This document shows, one piece after another, positions 37,575 to 50,359 of a stretch of DNA of 64,000 nt. This DNA comes from Octopus sinensis (Eukaryota), in assembly GCF_006345805.1 (NCBI RefSeq), contig NC_043005.1, positions 89,714,001-89,778,000 of the forward strand, read 5' to 3'. A model generated the notes under the pieces. The model was not told the DNA's origin. It saw nothing but the letters and a program-made list of their open reading frames with translations, and did not search any database. Positions within the stretch are counted from its first letter, which is position 1. Each line of letters begins with the position of its first letter. A program made the position numbers and the translations under genes.

Positions 37575-40500
37575 CCAACAAAGTTCCAGACAAAGCCATT
37601 AGAGCAAAGGAACAGGCCTGGAAAGCCTGGAGGGATGGGGGTAGCAGGGAACTGTACCAGATAGCCAAAAGGGAGGCTGGTTGGCAGGTATACATATCCA
37701 AGGGTGAAGCAGAAAAGAAGAAGTTTGCCAATGTCCAGCGACGTGAGGATCAAAGAACTGTGGTATTTCGGATTGCAAGACAGTGTTTGAGAGAAAATTG
37801 TAATGTCACAGGAGAGAAATGCGTCCGCATGGATGATGGTGCACTTGCTTTCAATGTTTCTGAAAAGAAAGAGACTTGGAGAAGCCATTATGAGAGACTG
37901 CTGAATGTGGAGAATGAATGGGAGGAGGAGAGCCTGCCAAATATTGACCCAGTAGAGGGACCAGCTATCCCAATAGACAGCTCCCTAGTAGATAAAGCAA
38001 TTAAGGGTATGAAGCCAGGAAAAGTCCCCGGCCCATCAGGAATCACTGCTGAAATGCTTAAAACATCTGGTGGTGTGGGCTATGGCCTAGTCACCTGCAT
38101 TGTAAACCAGGTAGTTCATAATGAAGTCATACCCAATGACTGGCGTAGCAGCACCATAGTCAAGTGCTACAAGGGTAAAGGTGATGCTCTAGATAGAAAT
38201 AACTACAGGGGTGCCAAACTGCTGGATCAGGTGATGAAGGTCATGGAGAGGGTCAGAGCCTATCTGATTAGGGAGATAGTCTGCCTAGATGAGATGCAGT
38301 TCGGTTTTGTGCCGGATAGAAGCACCACTGATGCCATATTCCTGGTTCGACAACTGCAGGAGAAATACCTAGCTAAAGATAAGCCCCTCAACATAGATTT
38401 CGTGGACTTGGAGAAAGCCTTTGACAGGGTCCCCCGGTCCCTTATCTGGTGGGCGATGCGGAAACTGGGGATTGATGAATGGTTAATAAGGGCTGTACAG
38501 GCCATATACAGAGAGGCCGTCAGCAAGGTTAGGATTGGCAACGAGTATAGTGAATAATTCCGGGTAGAAGTAGGGGTCCACCAAGGTTCAGCGCTCAGTC
38601 CCTTTTATTCATCATAGTCCTCCAGGCAATAACAGAGGAATTCAAAACGGGTTGCCCCTGGGAGATCCTCTATGCTCAGAGTGAAAGGTAGATTGTACGA
38701 CGCATGTGTGTGAACTGCCATGCTTCACGGATAGAAGCACCACTGATGCCATATTCCGGTAGTGAAACATGGGCTGTGACTGCAGAGGTCATGCATAGGC
38801 TTGGAAGAAATGAAGCTAGCATGATCTGCTGGATGTGTATTGTCAGTGTGCACAGACGACAGAGTGTAAGCGCCCTGAGAGAAATGCTGGACATAAGAAG
38901 CATTGGATGTGGCGTGCAAGAGAGACGTCTGCGCTGGTATGGTCATGTACTACGGATGGATGAGGAGAGATGTGTGAAGAAGTGTCACTCTCAAACAGTT
39001 GAAAGAATCCGGAGTAGAAGTACGAGGGACGTTCAATAAGTAATGCCTCTGACCCACTTGCAGTTGTTTGATCTAGCTGAAATTTTGCATGTGCAATCAT
39101 TTATATCTCTATAGAGTAAGTGGCAAATTACAGCTCTGAATTAATTGTGGTTTCTGATTTACAGGTGTTTGAACCGAGTCAAGTGTGAAATGGAGCCTGT
39201 TGAGTGTCGAGCAGTGATCCGGTTTTTGTATTTGAAAGGACGCACACCACGGGAGACTTTTGATGAAATGAAAGTAACTTATGGTGATGATGCCCCATCA
39301 TATGACCTTGTAAAACGCTGGCATCGTGAATTCAAACATGGTCGGAACTCTGTGGAAACAGCTCCCAGATCTGATCGCCCCCTTCTGCCATTGATGAGGC
39401 ATCTATCCGTCAAGTTGAGGCTGCCATTTTGGAAGATCGACGCATAATTATTCGCCAAATAGCCCATGAGGTCAAGATTAGTACCGGGTCTGTGGAAACT
39501 GTCATTCATGACCATTTGCATATGCAAAAGGTGTCTGCCAGATGGATTCCCAGGTTGCTCACGCCTTTCCAGAAGCAAGAACGCGTCGAGTGCTCGAGGG
39601 TGAATTTGGAGATGTGCCAAGATGAGTCAAAATTTTTCAAAAGACTGATTACACAGGATGAAACCTGGGTCCATCACGATGATCCAGAGACCAAAGCCCA
39701 GTCAATGCAGTGGAAGCACCGTGACTCACCTCCTCCAAAGAAGGCAAGGGTGCAGCCCTCCGCTGGCAAGGTCATGCTCACAGTCTTCTGGGACCAGGAC
39801 GGAGTAGTGATGACAGATTTCCTGGCAAAGGGTACCACAATTACAGGAGCCTATTATGCTTCACTTTTGAGGAAATTAAGAGAAGCTATCAAAATCAAGA
39901 GGCGGGGCAAGATCAGCAAAGCATCCTCTTCCTGCAGGACAACGCTCCGGTCCACAACTCGCGTGTCGCCAGATCAGAAGCACAGGCGTATGGCTATGAA
40001 CTCCTCCCCATCCCCCCTACTTTCCTGACCTTGCACCCTCTGATTTTCACCACTTCCCAATCATGAAGTTGTTTTTGAAAGGAAAGCGTTTCCCAGATGA
40101 TGCAGCCTTGATTTCTGAAGTCACGTTGAGGTTGGAGGACCAAGCTGGGTTCTTCTACAAAAACGGTCTCCAGAGCCGCATCAAACGATGGGAGAAATGC
40201 GTAACTCTGGGTGGTTCCTATGTAGAAAAAGACTAATAACTGTGCCAAGTTTCGTTGTTCTACTGCTATGGGAAGTGGGTCAGGGGCATTACTTATTGAA
40301 CGCCCCTCGTAGACCCAGGAAGACATGGAATGAGGTGGTCACGCATGACCATCGAACATTGGGTCTCACAGAGGCTATGATGAAAGACCGAGACCTCTGG
40401 AGATATGCTGCGACTGCGAAGACTCGACAAATAACGTGAATTCATGGCTGTTTCCTGCACCAGCTTCACATAGAAGCCCCAGCCTATCCAAAGTGCCTTG

Positions 40501-40945
40501 GATCGCAGGACAGCCTGCTGTGCTTACCTTGGATCGTTGGGTGACTTGCTGTGCTTGAGGAGACCTATTGAGTCAAGTACATCAACATCAAAAAATCAAA
40601 TGAAAATTGTAGTTGTGATACCTGTGCTGGTGGCACGTGAAAAGCACCATCCGAACGTGGCTGATGCCAGTGCCACCTTGACTGGCTTCCGTGCCGGTGG
40701 CACGTAAAGAGCACCAACCGATCGTGGTCATTGCCAGCCTCCCCTGTCACCTGTGCCGGTGGCACGTAAAAAACACCCACTACACTCACGGAGTGGTTGG
40801 CGTTAGGAAGGGCATCCAGCTGTAGAAACACTGCCACACCAGACTGGAGCCTGGTGCAGCCTCCTGGCTTCCCAGACCCCGGTCAAACTGTCCAACCCAT
40901 GTTGGCATGGAAAACGGACGTTAAACGATGATGATGATGATGATA
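37575..40945 (+). mobile_element. RTE LINE (RT to 3' end) interrupted by a mariner
   Basis: KGKGDALDRNNYRG, QFGFVP, DLEKAFDRVPR, VHQGS. The C-terminal GRGRPRKTW codons are split by the mariner at a TA. (GAT)n tail. Confidence 0.9.
39023..40309 (+). mobile_element. Mariner DD34D transposon, full length, frameshifted
   Basis: About 35-bp TIRs cgagggacgttcaataagtaatgcc, TA TSD at 39021-39022 and 40310-40311, ATG at 39190. TQDETW, QDNAPVH and PDLAPSD give 34 residues between the 2nd and 3rd Asp. Confidence 0.93.
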
Positions 40946-40962
40946 TATATATACATATATAC

Positions 40963-41021
<59 letters not shown>

Positions 41022-41026
<5 letters not shown>

Positions 41027-41947
41027 GAAATATTAAAATAACTAAGTCTCTCTAAAAGAGAACAGCGGCAGCGTTCCCGGAAAATAATAGTTATCGCCAT
41101 ACTAATATGGCATTCTTATAAAAATAAGAAAAAAGCTGTCCGCTTATTAGCTCCATGAGGCCATCGCCTTAAGTTAGCTATTTGATACACAAACTGTATC
41201 CATATAACCTTCGAACAAGGGAGGTCAGTCGCTCCACACTACTTGACCGGCAGCTACAGACGCGTTTCGGGGTATTGCCCCTTTTCAATGCAGCGTAGCC
41301 AGCCAGTAGGTGTCGCTTCCGACAATCTCTGTTCGATGGTTTTATTTACCTAGTTTCGGTGGAATACATCCACTTGTTTTCAATAATAGAAATATTAAAA
41401 TAACTAAGTCTCTCTAAAAGAGCTGCCGGTCAAGTAGTGTGGAGCGACTGACCTCCCTGTTCGAAGGTTATATGGATACAGTTTGTGTATCAAATAGCTA
41501 ACTTAAGGCGATGGCCTCATGGAGCTAATAAGCGGACAGCTTTTTTCTTATTTTTATAAGAATGCCATATTAGTATGGCGATAACTATTATTTTCCGGGA
41601 ACGCTGCCGCTGTTCTCTTTTAGAGAGACTTAGTTATTTTAATATTTCTATTATTGAAAACAAGTGGATGTATTCCACCGAAACTAGGTAAATAAAACCA
41701 TCGAACAGAGATTGTCGGAAGCGACACCTACTGGCTGGCTACGCTGCATTGAAAAGGGGCAATACCCCGAAACGCGTCTGTAGCTGCCGGTCAAGTAGTG
41801 TGGAGCGACTGACCTCCCTTGTTCGAAGGTTATATGGATACAGTTTGTGTATCAAATAGCTAACTTAAGGCGATGGCCTCATGGAGCTAATAAGCGGACA
41901 GCTTTTTTCTTATTTTTATAAGAATGCCATATTAGTATGGCGATAAC

Positions 41948-41955
<8 letters not shown>
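41022..41955. mobile_element. Palindromic concatemer of a 362-bp hammerhead-containing monomer (retrozyme-like)
   Basis: Period 362 (41022/41384), inversion point about 41421, (TA)n on both sides. Confidence 0.85.
41743..41784 (+). ncRNA. Minimal type I hammerhead with U3-A8 core (mirror copy at 41253-41294, minus strand)
   Basis: GCUGCA-UUGAAAA-GGGG(CAAUA)CCCC-GAAA-CGCG-UC^UGUAGC. Predicted cut after 41778. Confidence 0.8.
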
Positions 41956-41996
<41 letters not shown>

Positions 41997-42021
41997 GAGA
42001 GAGCGAGAGGGAGGGAGAGAG

Positions 42022-42265
42022 AAGAAATGGAGGAAAAATAACAATGAGAAGTGGGTCTTTGGTGCTAAAAACCATTATTTAATTAGTTAAGAAAGGTAAG
42101 AGTGAGTTTACAGCTGTTTCTGTGTACTTTGCTGTATTTACCTCAGCATGGTACACAGAAACAGCTGTAAACTCACTCTTACTCTCACCTTGCTTAACTA
42201 ATTAAATAATGGCATTTTTTAGCACCAAAGACCTACTTCTCATTGTTATTTTCCCTCCATTTCTT
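42022..42265. repeat. Imperfect fold-back (about 105-bp arms, 23-nt spacer)
   Basis: aagaaatggagg...tgtgtac pairs with gtacacag...ctccatttctt. Confidence 0.8.
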
Positions 42266-42859
42266 ATTACCTATACATGCATGAAACTACGGTTTACGTT
42301 TTGAATTACCCGCGGATGTATACCTTATATCAAAGACCATACCTGCTGAGGTAATTACCAGGAGTGCCTCTGGATACATTTATGCCTTAGAGGATTTAAA
42401 CACCTCTACTTATACCTCCCGTTCATGTGCTCCTGTTTCTGCGTAGATCATAACCCCCCACCCATTCGTTCCTTATTATCTATCTATTTCTTTACCATGT
42501 AAACATAGTTCCGATAGCTTCGTCTCTCTTGTTTGTCTTAAGGTCATGCATATCCGTTAATCACCATATTTTATTTATTTTATTCAAGTTTATCGTTTCG
42601 TTAATTCATTCTCTCTAAATTTGTCTAACCATAGTATACAAGTGCAGAAGACGATGCTCTCGTCTATATTTGCTGGTTCGCGGTACACCCTCCCACCCCC
42701 TCCATACTCACCGGAAGTTTCTATCCTCTGTCATCCTTGGTTGTCTCCCGCGAACACTTCTAAGGGCCTCTGCCATCCCCTCACCTACCTAGGGTTTATT
42801 GATCATATGGCGCACAAAAATGGTGTAGTGTATGCAGGTTGTAGTCTAGTGTTTATTTA

Positions 42860-44951
42860 TGAATTCTGCCAAATGCAAGCTTTCTTTTCAGGTACACGAC
42901 ACTGCTGTCCCTCATCCCAGGGTCTCACAGGCCCACACCTCTCACACCCTCAGAGTGGGCACACTCAACGTTGGCACACTGAAAGGTAGGTCTGGTGAGA
43001 TTGTTGAGATGCTTGAACGGAGGCGTGTAGATTTGTGCTGCATCCAAGAAGTAAGATGGAGAGGAGGTTCCGCTAGGTTCCCTACAGGCAAAGAACACAC
43101 GTACAAGATTGTCTGGACAGGGAACACTGACCGGGTCGGAGACGTGGGTATACTTCTTGCGGAGAAATGGGTTGATAAGGTAATCGAGGTAGTCAGAGTA
43201 TGTGACAGAGTACTTAAGATTAGATTAGTGCTTCACCATAGATTAGCTACCATTATCTCGGCCTATGCCCCTCAGTCGGGACTACCGGATGTGTAGAAAG
43301 ACCGATTCTATGACACCCTAATGCAGACTACCTTGTTGACGAATGACAGGGACCTTCTCTTTGTGGCTGATGATTTTAATGGACATGTTGGACAACATGT
43401 AGGGGTCTTCCATGGCGTACATGGAGGCTATGGTTTCGGGTTCCGCAATGAGGAGGGAACCAGACACACTAGCCAAATTGACTACATCCTCGCAAGAAAA
43501 AGGGAAAGAGGGCTGCTTATAAATACCAAAACCTTCCCAGGCGAAGAATGTACCCCTCAACATAGATTAGTAGTTAGTGACTTCGGGATCAGGGCTAAAT
43601 GGATGCCCAGAAGAAGACCAGCTTGGTGGAGAAGGGTCTGGAAGCTTAAAGATCCTGCAAATGGACATAGATTTAGAGACGTATTACTCGAAGCCTTCGA
43701 CGAAATAGAAGGGGATATAGCTTCACATAATGTGGGAGACAACTGGAGGTTTCTACAGGACAACTTGCTGAGAGCCACTGACCAGATCTGTGGATGGTGC
43801 AAAGTTCCCTCTCGACCCAAGGTAACGTGGTGGTGGAACAATGTGGTTGACGGCTATTAGACAAAAGAAACAGGCTTGGAAGGACTGGAGGAACGGTGGT
43901 AGCAGGGAATTGTATCAGACCTCCAGAAGGGAAGGTAGGAGATAAGTTTATTTAGCCAAAGGGGAAGCGGATAAGAAAAAATTTGCCTATGTTCTGCGCC
44001 GTGGGGACCAAAGACTTGAGGTATTTCGTGTTGCAAGACAGTGTGTGAGAGAGAATCGTGATGTAGGAGAGAAATGTGTTCGCATGGATGATGGCTCACT
44101 TGCGCTAAATGAGGCTGCAAAGAGAGATTTTTGGAGACGCCACCATGAAAGGTTGCTGAATAAAGAAAATGAATGAGAGAAAGAGAGTTTGCCGAATGTC
44201 AACCCAACAGAGGGACCAGCTATCCGATTTGACAGTACCTTGGTAGATAAAGCAATTGAGAGTATAAAGACAGGAAAAGCCCCCGGACCTTCAGGAATCC
44301 CTGCAGAGATGCTCAAAATATCTGGCAGTGTCGGCTATAGCCTAGTCACCCGTATAGTTAACCAGGTGATACACGAAGGATTCATACCCAATGACTGGTG
44401 TAGCAGCACCATAGTCAACTGCTACAAAGGTAAAGGTGACGCTTTAGATACAAATAATTGCGTAGGTATGAAGTTATTGGATCAACTAGTTAGGGAAAGA
44501 GTCAGTTTAGATGAGATGCAGTTGGAGTTCGTGCCAAGGAAAAGCACCACTGATGCTATATTTCTGGTAAGGCAGCTGCAGGAGAAATACCTAGCCAAAG
44601 ATAAACCTCTGTACCTGGCTTTCGTTGACATGGAGAAAGCTTTTGACAGGGTCCCCCAACCCTTATCTGGTGGTCAATGAGGAGACTAGGGATAGATGAA
44701 TGGTTAGTGAGAGCTGTGCGAGCCATGTACAGGGACGCTGTCAGTAAGGTGAGGGTTGGCAACGAGTACAGTGAAGAATTCCGGGTAGAGGTAGGGGCCC
44801 ACCAAGGTTCAGTCCTCAGCCCGCTCATATTTATCATAGTCCTCCAGGCAATAACAGAGGAATTCAAGACAGGATGCCCCTGGGAGCTCCTCTATGCTGA
44901 TGACCATGCCCTAATTGCTGAGTCACTATCAGAACTAGAGGAGAAGTTTCA
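42860..44951 (+). mobile_element. RTE LINE (APE + RT), decayed
   Basis: VGTLNVGTL, SAYAPQ, QIDYIL, DMEKAFDRV, HQGSVLSP, LLYADD. Confidence 0.9.
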
Positions 44952-45989
44952 GAGTTTCTACCTACACTTTTTCTACAGATCGAGCAGGGCTATCTACCTG
45001 AAGGGGTTTGTGGTTTGTCTACCTTCCTACTTATTAGGACTTTGGTTTTAGCTAGGTTGACTCTCTATATATATATATAGGTGTGTGTGTAGATAAAGAT
45101 AGATTGTTGTGTCTTTCTGTCTATCTATCAACCCAGTTATCTACCTGTCTGTCCATCTCCCTACCTATCTCCCGTCTACCTCTATGTCCACAAGCCTTTT
45201 ATACATCCTAAGACTTTTAAAACTTTTATATTATCCACGAACCATTAAGGCCTTTATGTCCGTGATCCTTTAATCCGCGATCCTTTATATCTGTGATCCT
45301 TTATATCCCCCCAACCAATTACAGAAACTTAAACCTCCTTCGACTCTGCTCCCTTTTTTATATATTCTATATCATTTCACTTTATTTTCTTTCGTTTCGC
45401 TTCCCCTCTATATTGTATCTTATCCTGCTTTATTTTATTTTACGTCTTGTCATCTTCTTCTCTGTCAATCCTACAAACAGCATTACCGTGTTATCTTACT
45501 AAAGTATATGAGTGTATATATAGATGTATACACGTATATATGTGCGTATGTATATGTGTGTGTGAATGTTTATGTATTATGTGTGTGTGTGTGTGTAAAG
45601 TTGTTAGCTATGCACCATGAGAAGCATTCAAGTTGTTTATAGAAAGAAGTACACTTTACCTCTTCAAATCTTGAATATTGAAAATTTCTCAATAATATAA
45701 AAAATACAGCAAGTTATAATTTTCGCTTTAGTTGACACAGAGCTTTTATAATAAAAAAATAAACATTGAAATGTTAAAGATATATGAAAGAAGAATTCAG
45801 AAATTGTCACTGTGTGAATAGATACAATTTCATGGCGTCTGCATTTTATAAAAAGAGGGGCGTTGCAATATTTAACGTTAGACCAACTTCTTTTCACTCG
45901 TTTGTTCAATATAATTTTGATCCAGACTTTGCAACCTTCAGAGATAAGCATTTACCTCACTTATCTTTTATCATTGGCTTGTTCTAGAT

Positions 45990-46200
45990 ATTAGACTGTG
46001 GCCATGTTGGGGCATTGCTTGAAGAATTCTTCTTGAACGAATCAACACCAGTAGTTATTGCTTTTTCATAAAGCCTGGTACTTATTCTATTGGTCCCTTT
46101 TGCTGAACTGTTAAATTGCGGGGCCATAAACACACCAACATCGGCTGTCAAGCAGTGGTAGGGAACAAGCTCACACACACACACATACTCACACACATGC
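45990..46200 (-). mobile_element. SINE body and tail
   Basis: Paralog of 14080-14295. Confidence 0.65.
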
Positions 46201-46267
46201 ACACAAACACATACATACATATGTACATACATACATACATACGTACATATATATATATATATATATA

Positions 46268-47465
46268 TCATCATCATCATCATCATCATCATTTAACGTC
46301 CACTTTCCATGCTGGCATGGGTTGGACGATTTGACTGAGGACTGGCAAACCAGATGGCTGCACCAGTCTCCAATCTGATCTGGCAGAGTTTCTACAGCTG
46401 GATGCCCTTCCTAATGCCAGCCACTCCAAGAGTGTAGTGGGTGCGTTTACATGCCACTGGCACAAGGGCCAGTCTGGCGGTACTGGCAACGGCCACGCTC
46501 AAATGGTGCTTTTTATGTGCCACCTGCATAGGAGTCAGTCCAGAGGCACTGGCAACGACCTTGCTCGAATATTTTGTTCATGTGCCACTGGCACCAGTGC
46601 CAGTAAGACAACGCAGGTAACGCTCATGCTCAAATGGTGCTTTTTACGTGTCACTGGCACGGAAGCCAGACAGCTGCTCTGCAGTGATCTTATTCGGATG
46701 GAGCTGTTACCGCTCCACTGGCACGGGTGCCAGTCATCGAATTTGGTTCAATTTGGTTCATCGAATTTGGTTCAAGAGGTCTTCGTAAGGTTGGCATGGG
46801 TGCCAGTCGAATTTGGTTCGATTTTGATTTCGATTTCTCTTGCCTCAACAGGTCTTCGCAAGCAAAGTTTAGTGTCCAAAGGAAAGTTACGCATAAGTGG
46901 GCTGGCTACACCCCTGGTAAAGGCCACGGGTTATGGTCTCACTTGTCTTGCCGGGTCTTCTCAAGCACTGCATATTTCCATTAGGCCTCGGTGAGGCCTA
47001 ATGTTCGAAGGTCATGCTTCAACACCTCATCCCAGATTTTCCTGGGTCTACCTCTTCCACAGGTTCCCTCAACCACTAGGGTGCGGCACTTTTTCACACA
47101 GCTATCCACCTCCATTCTCGCCATATGACCATGCCACCGCATGTGCATTCTGTCTAGTATGCACACTGACATTACACATCCATCGGAGCATACTGGCTTC
47201 ATTCCTTGCGAGCTTATGCATGTCCTCAGCAGTCACGGCCCATGTTTCGCTGCCATGTAGCATGGCTGTCCGTACACATGCGTCATACAGTCTACCTTTT
47301 ACTCTGAGCGAGAGGCCCTTTGTACCAGCAAAGGTAAGAGCTCTCTGAACTTTTCCCAGGCTATTCTTATTCTAGCAGCTACACTCTCAGTGCACCTTCT
47401 CCCGCTACTGACTTGGTCACCTAGGTAATGGAAGCTATTAACTACTTCTGGTTTTTCTCCCTGAA
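46268..47465 (-). mobile_element. RTE LINE 3' portion
   Basis: FHYLGD, RWHGHMARM, GRGRPRKIW, then the RTE 3'UTR and (GAT)n. Confidence 0.85.
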
Positions 47466-47510
47466 ATGTGACAGAAGCTGTTCTCTGCGCATTTTCAGTA
47501 TTTATATACA

Positions 47511-47597
<87 letters not shown>

Positions 47598-47760
47598 TTT
47601 ATTAATAAAGCTGCAAAGACGTCACAAAAAATGGTTCTTCAGAGTTTCATGTTCCTGTTCGTCAGATAGTTTTAGATAAATAGATAAATAGCTTGGTAGG
47701 TAGATAGACGGATAGATGTTTTAGCTTACATGTGGGAAGTGACTTGCAAAATAACCTTAC

Positions 47761-47983
47761 CTGAGTGGTGATTGAGGTGTGTGTGTTGGTTTTATCATAC
47801 ACCCAAGAACTGCACTTCTGTGTAGTTCCATTTCCATTTTCTGTGGTATTGGAATATATCAAACATTTTTCATAAACCACCTCTCCTTTATCCTCAATCT
47901 TTGGAATATATTCGTTGATCAGTTCTTCATGGATTTCACTTTGGATTTTATACGTGTCATTGTCGTAACCAGGAATAGCACAC
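47761..47983 (-). CDS. SLC22: SLC22 exon 2 (large extracellular loop)
   Basis: ttttcctag|G acceptor. Reads CAIPGYDNDTYKIQ...EKCLIYSNTTENGNGTTQKCSSWVYDKTNTHTSITTQ (C..W-x-Y-D motif). Donor CAG|gtaag; 223 nt. Confidence 0.92.
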
Positions 47984-48449
47984 CTAGGAAAATATACAAA
48001 ATAGGTTTCTTTGATCTTTCATTTAAATTTAGTTTAGTCTTCTGTGGCTTTCAGACTTGTGGGCCTTACCATACATTTGAAAATATTTCGTTTGATGAAT
48101 TTTATATACAGAAATAAGTATTCTTGTCTCGCTGCAGAGGTCCAGTGTACTGTCTCTCACTTAAGGCGACTGAATTATACTGAAACACTGGCTGTTTCAG
48201 AGTCTGCCATGTCACTGAATTCTGCATTGTCAGCACACATCGTCTCAAAGGGAGAAACGTTTATTCAGGCAAAGTCCAAGAACGCGAAACATTATTTACT
48301 TTTCAGGTCTGCTGGAATACACGCATCAGTGATCTGATTCTCACTGATTTCCATGCTCTGGGTAATTTAATATATAATATGCATACACACGCACACACTT
48401 ACACACGCATATGTATGAATGTATACAAAGTGTTTTCCACTAATATATG

Positions 48450-48529
<80 letters not shown>

Positions 48530-48532
<3 letters not shown>

Positions 48533-49059
48533 TGTGTCCCAAAAAAATGTATACACTTGCTGCAACAGTCTGTCATGCCAAGCATTAGAGAGGACTTTGA
48601 ACAGGAAGAGTTTTATTTCTAGCAAGATGGGGCACCTCCACACTACCATTGCGATGTTAGATCCTTTCTTGATGGGATCTTGCCAAACAGGTGGATTGGA
48701 CGGAGAGGTTTTGTCGAATACTCTCCACGTTCACCAGACCTCACACCACTAGACTTCTTTTTATGGGGATACCTAAAGGACAAAGTCTACGCACAGAAAC
48801 CTGCAACAGTCGTTCAATTGAGGGCAACCATTGAACATGAATGTACGAATATACCAAGGGAATTGTTCCATGATGTGTGCCATTCCATCGCTTCGCGTTG
48901 TCAACAGTGTCTGGAGCAGAACGGACATCAGTTTGAGAACATGCGATAACAAGACAATAGAATGATATTTGTAAATTCTTTTACATGTTGAAAATTATTC
49001 GAATTATAATAAACCCCAAATTTACAATTATTTAAGGTGCGTATACATCTTTTGGGGAC

Positions 49060-49064
<5 letters not shown>
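48530..49064 (+). mobile_element. Internally deleted Tc1/mariner of rosa (DD41D) type
   Basis: TIRs cagtgtgtcccaaaa / ttttggggacaccct within (TA)n. QDGAPPH...WIGR...SPDLTPLDF has 41 residues between the Asp residues. One in-frame TAG. Confidence 0.8.
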
Positions 49065-49143
<79 letters not shown>

Positions 49144-49290
49144 AAATAGAAAGATGAATAATCTTGTAGCAGATTAATCAAAAGTTTAACCGATACCTTG
49201 GTAGCAAAAATCACAGCAGAAGACAGTACGGTTGGAGGTACAACCATATGGTGTTGCAACCGTGCGTTGGTGCGGATAATTGAAATTAAA

Positions 49291-50358
<1,068 letters not shown>

Positions 50359-50359
50359 T

